DNA of 37,877 bases from a virus (IMGVR_UViG_3300039916_000017:1-37877), one strand, 5' to 3'. Counted from the first letter of the stretch, positions 1 through 8,626 are shown. A program made the numbers and translations. The notes: generated by a model not told the origin, from the letters alone.

Positions 1-258
1 TCATGCTGTCTTCCCTTCTTGGGCTGCGTGTTGGATTTGGATCTGGCTGCTGTCGATGGCGCCCGGCTTGCCGGCCAGGTAGACCGTCATCGAGATGTGC
101 CCGCCGTCGCGGTTCGCTGTCAGGCACGTAATGAATTGGTTGAGGCCTCGGTAGACCACTGGGCGGCAGCAGTGCATTGACTTCAGCAGAAGCAGGTGAT
201 GCCGGTATGCCTCGACATCGTTCGGCTCGTCCTGGTTGTTCTGTACAGGTCCTGTCAC
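1..258 (-). CDS. Hypothetical phage early protein (85 aa)
   Basis: GTG at 258 preceded by GGAGG and overlapping the upstream stop (GTGA); better start than 357. Confidence 0.65.
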   Translation of the reverse strand: MTGPVQNNQDEPNDVEAYRHHLLLLKSMHCCRPVVYRGLNQFITCLTANRDGGHISMTVYLAGKPGAIDSSQIQIQHAAQEGKTA

Positions 259-449
259 CGCGCCTCCTTCGCCTGGCTCGGGGTACATAGCACGCACGCG
301 GCGCATGCGCCGTACTGCGTCAGTTGCTTGGTCGTGACGACCTTGCCGCACGTGCACCGGCGGCGGCGAAGCGAGACAGGCGCTGTCGCTGCCGTGCGTT
401 CGCGATAGAGGTCGGAGCTAATCCGGCTTGGGGTTCCCCAGCTGCTCAT
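255..449 (-). CDS. Small Cys-rich protein (64 aa, CxC...CxxC), possible zinc binder
   Basis: MSSWGTPSR...CTCGK...CAACVLC; ATGA overlap with the MTase stop and GTGA overlap with the next gene. It is the tail of the 255..1736 track ORF. Confidence 0.7.
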   Translation of the reverse strand: MSSWGTPSRISSDLYRERTAATAPVSLRRRRCTCGKVVTTKQLTQYGACAACVLCTPSQAKEAR

Positions 450-2326
450 GCTGCCCTCGCCATCAGCTGCTCGTGAGCGTTGTTCGCACGCAGCACGGCC
501 ACGGCCGGCGGCGGCGACACGCTGTTGCCGATCATTCGCACCTGGGCGCTGCCCGACAGGCGTTTCGTGGTCGTGCGGCCGCGCTTGCAGACCTTCGTGT
601 AGAACGGGTCTAGGATGTAGTCGGGCGGGAATCCTTGCGCGTTGGCCAGCTCGCGCGGCACGAGCATGCGCAGGCCGATATCGGCGACTTCCATCAGCTC
701 GCCGTTGATGGTCACCAGCTCGGGGTACTCGGCATCTTTGAGGCTTGGGCAGTACTCGCGCAGGAAGGCGCGGATCTGCTGGCGGCGCTCGTCGGTCAAG
801 CCAGCCGGCGTGAGCGTGGTTCGCATCTCCGCGTGGTGTTGGCCGCCCGCGCTGACGGTGCCGAGCGGTTCGTCGGTCGCGGCCGCGGTGCTGGTGCCAC
901 GCAGCTTTACCAGGTTGCTCGTCACGACCGCATGGCGGTTCTCGGTGACGACCGTGCCGAGCGGGCGCGCTACATCCCAGGTGTCGCGATCGCCGTTGCT
1001 CTGGTTGTCGATGCCCACCAGGTGCGCCGTAATCAGCGAGCTGTGGTCGGACGTCGTCACGGTCGGTGCTGGCTGGTCGACGGGCACGCCGACGACGCCC
1101 TGATAGTGCTTGCACAGGTAGGCGCACGTGACGCCGACGCGATCCTTCGTGACGATCGTCGGCATGGGTCGGTCGACGGCGACATTCTGGCTGCCGCTCT
1201 TGTAGTACTGGACGAGTGACGCTGCGACCATCGCATGCTTGATGCCGCCGGCGACAATCGTGCCCAGCGGCTCCTTGATGTCCAGCGCGCGCGGAGCTTG
1301 TCCAGGCGCCTCGCCATAACCCATCTGAACGAGCGAGGCCGACACCAGCGAAAGCTCGCCGCGGTTCGCGCACGTGATCGTCGGCAGTGGTGCATCGACG
1401 GAATTGATGCGGTCGGCGCCCTGGTGCGTCAGCGGGACGATGAACGGCCGTGCGGCGTCTTTCACGTACCGCTCGAACCCTCGGCCCACTCGCCGTAGCG
1501 TGTTGACCGCAAGCGGCTTCTTGCGGTCGAAGATTGACCGGCATGGTATCGACCAGTCGATGCAGTCGGCTGCGGTCACGAACGGCAGCAATTTGCCCGA
1601 CTTGACTTCCTTCGCGGCCGGGTCGCCGTGCGTGGGTGCTGGCCAACGGATCGCGATGCCGTCGCGGCGCATCACCATGAACAGGCGCTTGCGGATGGTG
1701 CCAGCACCGAAGTCGCAGGCGCGCAGCACGCGCCACTCTACCTTGTAGCCGAGACCTGCGTAGATTCTCTCGAGCGGAAAGTCGACGCCCAGCGTGGCGC
1801 GGATCTCGGCCAAGTCGGGGTGGTCCTTCGGCAAGCCGGTGGTCAACGCCAGCACGAACGCGGCGAAAGTGCGGCCCTTATGTTCCTTGATCGGCCGGCC
1901 TTTCTCGTCGAGTGGCCCCCAGCCCTGGAACTCTTCGACGTTCTCCAGATAGATCGAGCGCGGTGCCAGCAGCACGCCCCACTTCAAAACAACCCATGCC
2001 AGCCCGCGTGTGGTCTGGTCGAGGATGTTGAAACCCTTCGCCCTGGAGAAGTGCGTGCAGGTAGGCGAGAACCAAGCCGCGCCGAGCGGGCCGTCACCGA
2101 TCTCCTTCGTCGGGTCGACCAGGAACACGTCCTCGCGGATGTGGCGACTGGTCGGGTGGTTCGCTGCGTGCATCGCCAGTGCTTCGCCGTCGTGGTTAAT
2201 GGCGATGTCGGGATCGCGGCCATAGGCTTGGCGGATTGCTTCGCTTGCGCCGCCGCCGCCGGCGAAGTTGTCCGCGATGCGCTCGTGGCCGAAGCCCAGG
2301 GAGAAGGTGAAATCGTCGCGCTTCAT
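446..2326 (-). CDS. C5 cytosine DNA methyltransferase, phage type
   Basis: Motif I DNFAGGGG, catalytic SPTC, ENV, RKRLF, RELANAQGFP and IGNSV. Confidence 0.95.
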   Translation of the reverse strand: MKRDDFTFSLGFGHERIADNFAGGGGASEAIRQAYGRDPDIAINHDGEALAMHAANHPTSRHIREDVFLVDPTKEIGDGPLGAAWFSPTCTHFSRAKGFNILDQTTRGLAWVVLKWGVLLAPRSIYLENVEEFQGWGPLDEKGRPIKEHKGRTFAAFVLALTTGLPKDHPDLAEIRATLGVDFPLERIYAGLGYKVEWRVLRACDFGAGTIRKRLFMVMRRDGIAIRWPAPTHGDPAAKEVKSGKLLPFVTAADCIDWSIPCRSIFDRKKPLAVNTLRRVGRGFERYVKDAARPFIVPLTHQGADRINSVDAPLPTITCANRGELSLVSASLVQMGYGEAPGQAPRALDIKEPLGTIVAGGIKHAMVAASLVQYYKSGSQNVAVDRPMPTIVTKDRVGVTCAYLCKHYQGVVGVPVDQPAPTVTTSDHSSLITAHLVGIDNQSNGDRDTWDVARPLGTVVTENRHAVVTSNLVKLRGTSTAAATDEPLGTVSAGGQHHAEMRTTLTPAGLTDERRQQIRAFLREYCPSLKDAEYPELVTINGELMEVADIGLRMLVPRELANAQGFPPDYILDPFYTKVCKRGRTTTKRLSGSAQVRMIGNSVSPPPAVAVLRANNAHEQLMARAA

Positions 2327-2329
2327 GTA

Positions 2330-2758
2330 CTAGTTCTCATTCGTTGGTTGGGCCTCGGCTACGGTGAAGAACGTCTCCACCTCTGCCACTGCCTTGTTGA
2401 ACCGCTGCACCGCCAGGCGATGCAGCGCCGCGTCGATATCGGCGATGTTCTGGCGTAGCGACTTGGCCTCCTCGGACTCCACGGTGAGGTGGCGCGATTG
2501 CTCATAGCGGTCGCAGATGGTGTTCATAACGTTGGTACCGCGATCGAGCAGGGCAGGGGCCATACCGGCGCGGTTGAGCGAGGCCAGCATCTTCGACAGC
2601 GTGTTGTAGGCGTCAATGCTCGGGTGCTCAATCAGCGACTCGCCCGCCATGCGGATCTGCAGGGCCAGCCGGTCGCGTGTCTCGGTGACCATCGGCACGT
2701 TGGCTTTGGGTTGAAAGACGACAGGGCGCTGGTGGCGGCGCATGGCGGTACGGGTCAT
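2330..2758 (-). CDS. Hypothetical phage protein (142 aa)
   Basis: Translationally coupled (ATGA) to the rdgC fusion, 3 bp before the MTase start. Confidence 0.8.
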   Translation of the reverse strand: MTRTAMRRHQRPVVFQPKANVPMVTETRDRLALQIRMAGESLIEHPSIDAYNTLSKMLASLNRAGMAPALLDRGTNVMNTICDRYEQSRHLTVESEEAKSLRQNIADIDAALHRLAVQRFNKAVAEVETFFTVAEAQPTNEN

Positions 2759-3924
2759 GGCTGTAACAGGTCCCGGTTGCCGTTCGATTGCATCGGCGAC
2801 ACGACGGCTGCCGTCTCCATCGCCTCAACGAGGCGGGCTGCGCGGTTGTAGCCAACTCGCAGGTGACGTTGCACAAGCGAAATCGACGCACGCTGGTTCG
2901 CGCGCACGATCTGCACGGCACTCTCGTAGAGCGGGTCGTCGCCGTCGTCGGGGTGATAGTCAGCAACTGGCTGCACATCGATGGCCCGGATGGCAGCGTT
3001 ATCGCAAGCGGAGTCCAGTGCTTTGCTCGTTATGTCGGCCTCTCCGCCGAGTGCGTCTACGATCGCCGCCAGTAGCTGTGCCAGTTCGCCTGTCATCAAC
3101 GTGACGTCGTTGTCGAAGCGCTCGTCATCATTGTGGGTAGCGTTGGAGCCTTCAGCGATCACCGCCAGCGGCTTGATGCCCTTGATCGTCAGCGATTCAG
3201 TCAGCACGAGGCTGATGCGGTCGTTCCATGTCATGGCCAGGCGCGTGCACTGCTTGCCGGCTGCGATGTGTCGCCCGGTATCGTCTGGGTCCAGCGTGTG
3301 CTTGACGTAACGCACTGCGGCGCGGCTCTCACCGGTGGCGCGCAGCTCGGTGTCTTGGTCGATGGTGAAGCCGTGCGGCGCTTCATCGGCTTCCAGCCAT
3401 CCGGTCATCACAGCCACCGGCGAGCGCTGCACGCGCAGCGATTCCAGCGGCATCTTGTCGACGGCCTTGAGCAGCAGCTTGACGACGTCGTCGGCCTTGG
3501 CTGGGCTGGCCGCATCGACCACGAGCCAGCCGTTGACCGGGTCGATCCAGGTCCAGACATTGCTGCGCAGCGTGAAGGCGCGCGGCAGCAGTTCGTCGGC
3601 CACGCGCTCCTTCAGTTCCTTCATGGCTTTTTTGCCTGGCGGGAAGCCCTGCGCTTCTTCCATCTCGGCCGCCTTGGCCTTGGCCACCTGGTTGATGACC
3701 GATGTCGGCAGCAATTTCTTTTCGGTGCCCAGCATGATCAGCATCTGCTTGTTCACGACATGGACCAGGCCGCCGTTCGGGCGCGGTGCGTCCCAACCCT
3801 GACGCAGCAGCTCGTTGCTGGCAGCTGGTACGAAGCTTTGTGGCTCAAGAGCGGCTGCAAGCTGTTCGGGCGTGAAGAACCATGGAGCAGGCAGACGATA
3901 GACCTGTAAGTTTTTGAACCACAT
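2755..3924 (-). CDS. rdgC: Recombination-associated protein RdgC fused to a C-terminal FtsK-gamma winged-helix domain
   Basis: [11 protein letters not shown] start, EKKLLP, ELLPRAF; C-terminal [11 protein letters not shown]...[25 protein letters not shown]; TAATG overlap with the upstream gene. Confidence 0.93.
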   Translation of the reverse strand: MWFKNLQVYRLPAPWFFTPEQLAAALEPQSFVPAASNELLRQGWDAPRPNGGLVHVVNKQMLIMLGTEKKLLPTSVINQVAKAKAAEMEEAQGFPPGKKAMKELKERVADELLPRAFTLRSNVWTWIDPVNGWLVVDAASPAKADDVVKLLLKAVDKMPLESLRVQRSPVAVMTGWLEADEAPHGFTIDQDTELRATGESRAAVRYVKHTLDPDDTGRHIAAGKQCTRLAMTWNDRISLVLTESLTIKGIKPLAVIAEGSNATHNDDERFDNDVTLMTGELAQLLAAIVDALGGEADITSKALDSACDNAAIRAIDVQPVADYHPDDGDDPLYESAVQIVRANQRASISLVQRHLRVGYNRAARLVEAMETAAVVSPMQSNGNRDLLQP

Positions 3925-4121
3925 TACGCGGCCTCCACGTGCTGTAGATCGTTGACTGGGACGCGCCATGGCGCGCTATCGAGGGTGCCAGTGACGCGCA
4001 CGAAGGCGATGCGGGCGCCGTCGCCGATGTCCGTGAGAATCTGGGCGACGATGCCTTGCTGCGGGCCGGCTTCGCTGTCGAACTGGACAAACGAGCCGGG
4101 GCCAATGGTCTTGCGATCCAT
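3924..4121 (-). CDS. Hypothetical protein (65 aa, SH3/Tudor-like beta pattern)
   Basis: ATG at 4121 after AAAGGA; stop overlaps the rdgC start. Confidence 0.7.
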   Translation of the reverse strand: MDRKTIGPGSFVQFDSEAGPQQGIVAQILTDIGDGARIAFVRVTGTLDSAPWRVPVNDLQHVEAA

Positions 4122-4131
4122 GGTGGTCCTT

Positions 4132-5019
4132 TCAGGTGGTGGTGTTGTAAGAAGATGCATTCGCGAGCAGCGTGTGCAGGTCGTCGCTGTGCGTGACCTC
4201 GTTCGGTACTCGGAAGGTCATGGAGTAGGTGCGGTGCGTCTCCCCAGGGAAGGGCCATCCGGCTACCTGAGCGTTCGCAAGAAGCCAGGCGGCGATGAAC
4301 TTGTCCGCTGGTTTGCGCGGCGCGCCGCGTCCCGCCAGCGCCTTCGGCGTCACCTTGGTCTTGCCCTCGGCCTTCGCCTGCTCCACGGTTTCGCGAATGA
4401 CCTCGCCGGCCTTGCTGCCGTGCTGCTTGACCATCTTGAGCGCAGCCGTGCCGGTGATCTGTCCAGCGTTGATCGCCTGGTGCACGTCGCTGTTGGCCTC
4501 GGCCAGCTGGATCATGTCCTTGACGTGCTGCACTGACTTGCCACGGCGCCCGGCTATCTGCGCCTCGCTCCAGCCGAAGTTAATCAGCTTGCGGTACTGG
4601 ATGCCGAGCTGCAGCGGCGTGAGTGCGAGGCCCGATGCGCTGTTGAGCATATGCGCTACGCGGTCGGCGTCGTTGCCACGGAAGTGGCGGCAGTCCAGCG
4701 CCTTGATCTCGAACCCTTCGGCGATCGCCTTGAGCGCCGCAGCGTGGCGGTGGTGGCCGTCAACGATGAGGATGCGGCCGTCGTCCACGCGAACCTCCAG
4801 TGGCGGGAACGTGGCGCCATTGCGCATTGCCAGCGACATCTCCGCCACGTGGTCCGGGTTCAGTGGGCGGGCGTTGAAGCCTTCCTCGATCTCCAAGAGG
4901 TGCGGGGCGACGGCGAATGAGGTCACCTTCGACACATCGTCGCCGTGGATCTTCTTCTCGGCGGCGACCTTGAGCGAAACGAAGGCGTTGGTCGGGGTCT
5001 GGCTGTGTAGTGTGGTCAT
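4132..5019 (-). CDS. ParB/Srx N-terminal domain protein with HTH
   Basis: GFNARP, PPLEV, IVDGHHRH motif, then helix-turn-helix WSEAQIAGRRGKSVQHV. Confidence 0.88.
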   Translation of the reverse strand: MTTLHSQTPTNAFVSLKVAAEKKIHGDDVSKVTSFAVAPHLLEIEEGFNARPLNPDHVAEMSLAMRNGATFPPLEVRVDDGRILIVDGHHRHAAALKAIAEGFEIKALDCRHFRGNDADRVAHMLNSASGLALTPLQLGIQYRKLINFGWSEAQIAGRRGKSVQHVKDMIQLAEANSDVHQAINAGQITGTAALKMVKQHGSKAGEVIRETVEQAKAEGKTKVTPKALAGRGAPRKPADKFIAAWLLANAQVAGWPFPGETHRTYSMTFRVPNEVTHSDDLHTLLANASSYNTTT

Positions 5020-5026
5020 CGGGCGG

Positions 5027-5215
5027 TCAATCGTGGTCGTTGGCCTGCAGCTTCTTCACATCGATCCTCGCGCGGCGCTGCATGTGCCGGCGGGCGACGG
5101 CCTCCAAGATGATCTTGAGGGTCGGGTGTTCGAGCATCTCGTCCAGTCGGGCATCCGTTCGAAGCGCGCGGTGCGCAATTTCAAGGGACGCTTGATCGGG
5201 CGAGATGCGTTGCAT
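5027..5215 (-). CDS. Hypothetical protein (62 aa)
   Basis: Tightly packed in the operon; ends DVKKLQAND. Confidence 0.7.
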   Translation of the reverse strand: MQRISPDQASLEIAHRALRTDARLDEMLEHPTLKIILEAVARRHMQRRARIDVKKLQANDHD

Positions 5216-5217
5216 GG

Positions 5218-5316
5218 TCAGCCCCGGGGCATCCGATGCCGGCGTGCGAGGCGCACGGCTTGCAGGCGTGGCTTGCCGAGGAAGCGGTAGTAGCGGTAGA
5301 GCGCGAGGAAGCCCAT
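5218..5316 (-). CDS. Small basic peptide (32 aa), not in the ORF track
   Basis: MGFLALYRYYRFLGKPRLQAVRLARRHRMPRG fills the gap with 1-bp and 2-bp spacing to its neighbours. Confidence 0.6.
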   Translation of the reverse strand: MGFLALYRYYRFLGKPRLQAVRLARRHRMPRG

Positions 5317-5317
5317 G

Positions 5318-5554
5318 TCAGGCCATTCCGAGGGTTGGCTGCTGCATGACGGGCTCGATGTGCTGCGCACCTGGTGGCATGTCGAGCAGGCCCCAGATCA
5401 TCGCGTCGAGCTCATGGTCACCGAGCGATTCCATGCTGCCAGACAGGCGCGCGACGAATGCAGCGATGCGGAGGTCTGCATCAGCCGGGGCGTCTGCGCT
5501 CGCCTGCGTGACACAGCTAGCGATGGCCGTGCGGAGGGTGGCGGCGGTGATCAT
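5318..5554 (-). CDS. Hypothetical protein (78 aa)
   Basis: ATGA coupling with the upstream gene; GAGG RBS. Confidence 0.7.
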   Translation of the reverse strand: MITAATLRTAIASCVTQASADAPADADLRIAAFVARLSGSMESLGDHELDAMIWGLLDMPPGAQHIEPVMQQPTLGMA

Positions 5555-5808
5555 TGCGCGGCCTCGGCTTGGTGGCGCGTCCAGATTGCGCGACCTTCAT
5601 CGGCGCCAGCGAAGTAAGCATCGAATTCGGCTGTGCCGGTCGCGTATGGGCATGTGGAGCTTCCGATGCCAGCACGGGCCAGCAACAGTTCGTGAGCGCC
5701 AAGCATGTATGCGACGCTGCGGCGGGTGCGTGTGGAAGGGAACGCCTCACGGATCAAAGCGTCCACAAGGGCGAGTCTTTCGCCTGCTGGAAGGGTGGCC
5801 GTAGACAT
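5551..5808 (-). CDS. Hypothetical protein (85 aa)
   Basis: ATG at 5808 overlaps the upstream TAA; contains CPYxxGTAEFDAYFAG..EG. Confidence 0.72.
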   Translation of the reverse strand: MSTATLPAGERLALVDALIREAFPSTRTRRSVAYMLGAHELLLARAGIGSSTCPYATGTAEFDAYFAGADEGRAIWTRHQAEAAQ

Positions 5809-5957
5809 TAGCGCGTCTGACCCATGACAGTGATGCCGCAAGGGACGTCCGCAAACTGAATTGCAGCTTCCTCAGCGGCTTGGGCGGACGACACAGCGAT
5901 CGCACCGAACACGTGCGAAGTATCAGCGGTACGGACGGTGACTTGGTAGGTGTTCAT
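5808..5957 (-). CDS. First gene of the leftward early operon (49 aa)
   Basis: GGAG RBS and ATG at 5957, just downstream of the PL-like promoter. Confidence 0.65.
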   Translation of the reverse strand: MNTYQVTVRTADTSHVFGAIAVSSAQAAEEAAIQFADVPCGITVMGQTR

Positions 5958-5984
5958 GTGCGCTCCATCAAGGTTGATGACGCA

Positions 5985-6026
5985 ACTATACACGAACGGA
6001 TAAGTAAAACAATACGCGAATGAATA
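5985..6026 (-). promoter_or_regulatory. PL-like promoter with two 16-bp operators (OL)
   Basis: TATACACGAACGGATA (5987-6002) and AATACGCGAATGAATA (6011-6026) match the cI-cro intergenic operators; minus-strand TTGTTT-N16-TATAGT. Confidence 0.8.
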
Positions 6027-6035
6027 GATGAGGCG

Positions 6036-6064
6036 AAAAAAAAACCTCGCGAGGTGATGCGAGG
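6036..6064 (-). terminator. Intrinsic terminator ending the cI operon
   Basis: Minus strand CCTCGC-N8-GCGAGG followed by 9 T. Confidence 0.8.
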
Positions 6065-6084
6065 GTCTCAGTCTGGTGTGCTGC

Positions 6085-6366
6085 TCAATCTAGTATTGGG
6101 ACGAGAGGCGTGCCGCAGTGCTTACACTTCCGCGCGTCCTTGTAGACAAGTTCACGACAGTCCGGGCACCGAACGTGAGTCTCGGGAGTCGGTGCGTTGG
6201 GGTCGCGAGGGCTAGCTTTTTGCGAAGGTAGAACCGCAACGAGAATCAGGGCGATCAAACTGAACAAGCACCCCAGAATGAACCAGCCGAAACCGGATCG
6301 ACCTTTGGAGCTAGCGACGATGGCGGTAGCAATAGCAAATACAAACCAGATAACAAAAAATTCCAT
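6085..6366 (-). CDS. Membrane protein with C-terminal zinc ribbon (93 aa)
   Basis: Two hydrophobic helices around KGRSGFGW, then CPDC-N10-CKHC; AGGA RBS before the ATG at 6366. Confidence 0.85.
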   Translation of the reverse strand: MEFFVIWFVFAIATAIVASSKGRSGFGWFILGCLFSLIALILVAVLPSQKASPRDPNAPTPETHVRCPDCRELVYKDARKCKHCGTPLVPILD

Positions 6367-6439
6367 CTCTTGTCCTATTTCGCGGCATCTAAGCGTGCCG
6401 AGTCGCATTCGTACTTCCTGAGATCTGCTCCAACCAACT

Positions 6440-6724
6440 CTAAAAAGGAAGAGCCACCTCTGGTGGAGGAGTGTTCAGATCTAATTCCTCAAAGTTTAGG
6501 TACTCAAGTTGAATTAGCGCAAGCAGGACATGTGTTTGAAAAGCGGCATGCGCGCGGAACCCATTCGTCTCGACTGAGACCAGCATAATCGGAAGACACC
6601 TGAAATAACGTTGCAATCGTTTGACCAAGCTGGGGCCAGCAGTCGAGTTAGTAAAATCCGATGGGACGAGCGCTACGAGCAAGGGTGATCCATACGGTTC
6701 AATCTCTGTCACATGAACCTTCAC
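6440..6724 (-). CDS. Hypothetical low-GC protein (94 aa) coupled to cI
   Basis: GTG overlaps the cI stop (TAGTG). Confidence 0.65.
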   Translation of the reverse strand: MKVHVTEIEPYGSPLLVALVPSDFTNSTAGPSLVKRLQRYFRCLPIMLVSVETNGFRAHAAFQTHVLLALIQLEYLNFEELDLNTPPPEVALPF

Positions 6725-7428
6725 TAAATGAAATCCTCTTCCATTTTAACTACTCGTCCAATGATCTCGGTGCTTTCATCGACTGGTCGACTGCGGAATT
6801 CTGGCAACTTGTTGTCTGATGACAGGAACCAGCGGCCATCGGTGTACTCAAGACGTTTTACGCAAGGCCATCCGTCGTGATTAACCGCATACAGCTTTCC
6901 ATCAATTAGGTTGCGAGGGTCCTTATCGGCTGTGTTGACAATGACCGTGACGCCTCTCTTCAGAGTTGGGTACATACTGAGACCAGTTACTCTTATCGCA
7001 ATCAGCTTTGAAGCCGATAAACGTTTCTCTTCAACCCAACTCATGGGAAGACTTAACATCGAGTGATCCTCGTACTCCACATCGCCGACATGCTCACCGA
7101 TACCTGCATGGATATATCGGGCCACCACTCGAACCCCAACAAAATTGCTTTTCTCATCGCTAACTGCAATATTTAGTACCTCTGCCTCGGCAGGGGTTGG
7201 GTCAGCGGTGCGTTGCATCGGCCCAGACCCATCGGTGAGCCAGTGAGCGGACACGTTACAGGCTGCCGCTAGCGCTGCGATCGTGTTTGTCTCTGGCCCC
7301 TTCTTTCCGGACCTCTTCAAAATTCGATTGATTGTTGGCTGGGGAACTCCGGACGCTCGTGCCAGGGCGCTCTGAGACGGGAAGCCCGCGACCTGCATGG
7401 CTTGGTCGAGCCTAGTTGAAATATCCAT
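6724..7428 (-). CDS. cI: CI-like repressor (HTH plus S24 autopeptidase)
   Basis: HTH SQSALARASGVPQPTINRIL; AG cleavage site (HAGIG), GLSMYP serine and VKRL lysine; start at the ATG at 7428. Confidence 0.95.
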   Translation of the reverse strand: MDISTRLDQAMQVAGFPSQSALARASGVPQPTINRILKRSGKKGPETNTIAALAAACNVSAHWLTDGSGPMQRTADPTPAEAEVLNIAVSDEKSNFVGVRVVARYIHAGIGEHVGDVEYEDHSMLSLPMSWVEEKRLSASKLIAIRVTGLSMYPTLKRGVTVIVNTADKDPRNLIDGKLYAVNHDGWPCVKRLEYTDGRWFLSSDNKLPEFRSRPVDESTEIIGRVVKMEEDFI

Positions 7429-7519
7429 GGGAAAACTATACGCGCGCGTATATGCGGAGCACAACCTTCTATTCATTTGGGTATTGCGCATCTATTCATT
7501 CGTGTATAGACTGTAGGTC
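7429..7519. promoter_or_regulatory. Divergent PRM/PR region with three operators (OR)
   Basis: TATACGCGCGCGTATA 7437-7452, TATTCATTTGGGTATT 7470-7485, TATTCATTCGTGTATA 7493-7508. PR is TTGCGC-N17-TAGACT (7484-7512); minus-strand PRM is TTGTGC-N18-TATAGT. Confidence 0.85.
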
Positions 7520-7750
7520 ATGGACAAAGACCCTTCCACCCTTCTCAGGGAAGTTAAGCAGCAGACCGGCTGGAGCGAGACTCGCCTTGCGGCAGAGATC
7601 AAGGCCTCTCAGCCGACCATCAACCGCATCCTGAATGGTCAGCCGCGCTGCTTGAGCACTACGCTCTCGGCGATCGTTGGGCTGCACGACCGGCACTGTC
7701 AGCACGTTACGGAACCTGACTGTGCATCGATGGCGCCCGGTCCCAGCTGA
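7520..7750 (+). CDS. cro: Cro-like HTH regulator
   Basis: Divergent from cI; WSETRLAAEIKASQPTINRIL shares its recognition helix with CI. Confidence 0.9.
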   Translation: MDKDPSTLLREVKQQTGWSETRLAAEIKASQPTINRILNGQPRCLSTTLSAIVGLHDRHCQHVTEPDCASMAPGPS

Positions 7751-7992
7751 TAACCCCACGTCAGCTTCCCGCAGTGGTTGCTGAGCGATAGGGTCAGAAG
7801 ACGCCCCTGTTGCACATTCACCCGTAGTTCGAAACAGATAACTGATGAATTGCGCCGAATAGCTCGGCGCGAAAGCAATCGGTTCTTAATCACGCGTGAA
7901 GAGTTGCACATAGGAAATGTTCTGTTGATAAGGTAACTCGATCCTACCGAAATTGCAGAATTTGCAACACCCAAGAATTGGAAGGAAACACT

Positions 7993-8466
7993 GTGGAACT
8001 CTTGACCTCTTATCAAGAAATGATCAAGAAGCATGGCTGGAATCCCACCGCTGCGATGCTCGGTATGTCCCGATCGCAGCTCGAGGCCCGTGTCTACGAG
8101 GTCAAGGGTTCCGGCATGCGCGTGGAGACCGCGCTGTTGATCCAGATGTACGCCGGCACCACGCACTTCGCTCAGGCGATTGCAGCGGCAAGTGGCGGCG
8201 TGTTCGTCGAACTCCCACCAGGCGAGGGCGTCGATGGCGAATTTCTGCACGATAAATTCCACGAGCTGTACACCGAGCTGGGCCGCTTGTCTGGCACATA
8301 CACCCATGCGATCAAGGATGGCGAGATCGACCGCCGCGAACGGTCCGAACTCGAGGATATCTCGCAGCAGATGCACAAGACCATGAAAGAGCTGATGGGC
8401 TTGATGTTCCAAGTTTATTGCCGGCCTGCTGCCGGCGCTCCATCGAATCAATCCAATGACAGCTGA
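7993..8466 (+). CDS. CII/YmfL-like phage regulatory protein
   Basis: GTG after AAGGAAA; N-terminal HTH-like segment, GGVFVELP, AIKDGEIDRRER; position after cro. Confidence 0.8.
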   Translation: MELLTSYQEMIKKHGWNPTAAMLGMSRSQLEARVYEVKGSGMRVETALLIQMYAGTTHFAQAIAAASGGVFVELPPGEGVDGEFLHDKFHELYTELGRLSGTYTHAIKDGEIDRRERSELEDISQQMHKTMKELMGLMFQVYCRPAAGAPSNQSNDS

Positions 8467-8626
8467 TCAGCAAATGCCTGGGCATATCGCCCCGGCTGAG
8501 TGGGGCAAATGCGTCGACCAGCCGGTCGAGCGCACCCCGGAAGAAAAGGCACGCATCCTCGCGCGCCTGCAATGCATGCTGGCCCAGCTTCGCGCATCGA
8601 ACGGAGACGACCATGGCAACACTTGA
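8456..8626 (+). CDS. Small hypothetical protein (56 aa), not in the ORF track
   Basis: MTADQQMPGHIAPAEWGKCVDQPVERTPEEKARILARLQCMLAQLRASNGDDHGNT overlaps both neighbours by a few codons. Confidence 0.5.
   Translation: MTADQQMPGHIAPAEWGKCVDQPVERTPEEKARILARLQCMLAQLRASNGDDHGNT

Noticed and set aside
450-1736. 493-aa ORF 255..1736
   Set aside because: Alternate-frame shadow of the MTase with Arg/Pro-rich composition; only its last 64 codons look like a real gene.
446-2758. Restriction-modification system
   Set aside because: No adjacent endonuclease recognised; the MTase appears to be an orphan.
6724-7491. Longer cI start at 7491, and the track starts at 3969, 7978, 14815 and 19655
   Set aside because: The extensions run through operators, promoters or upstream genes; downstream starts fit better.
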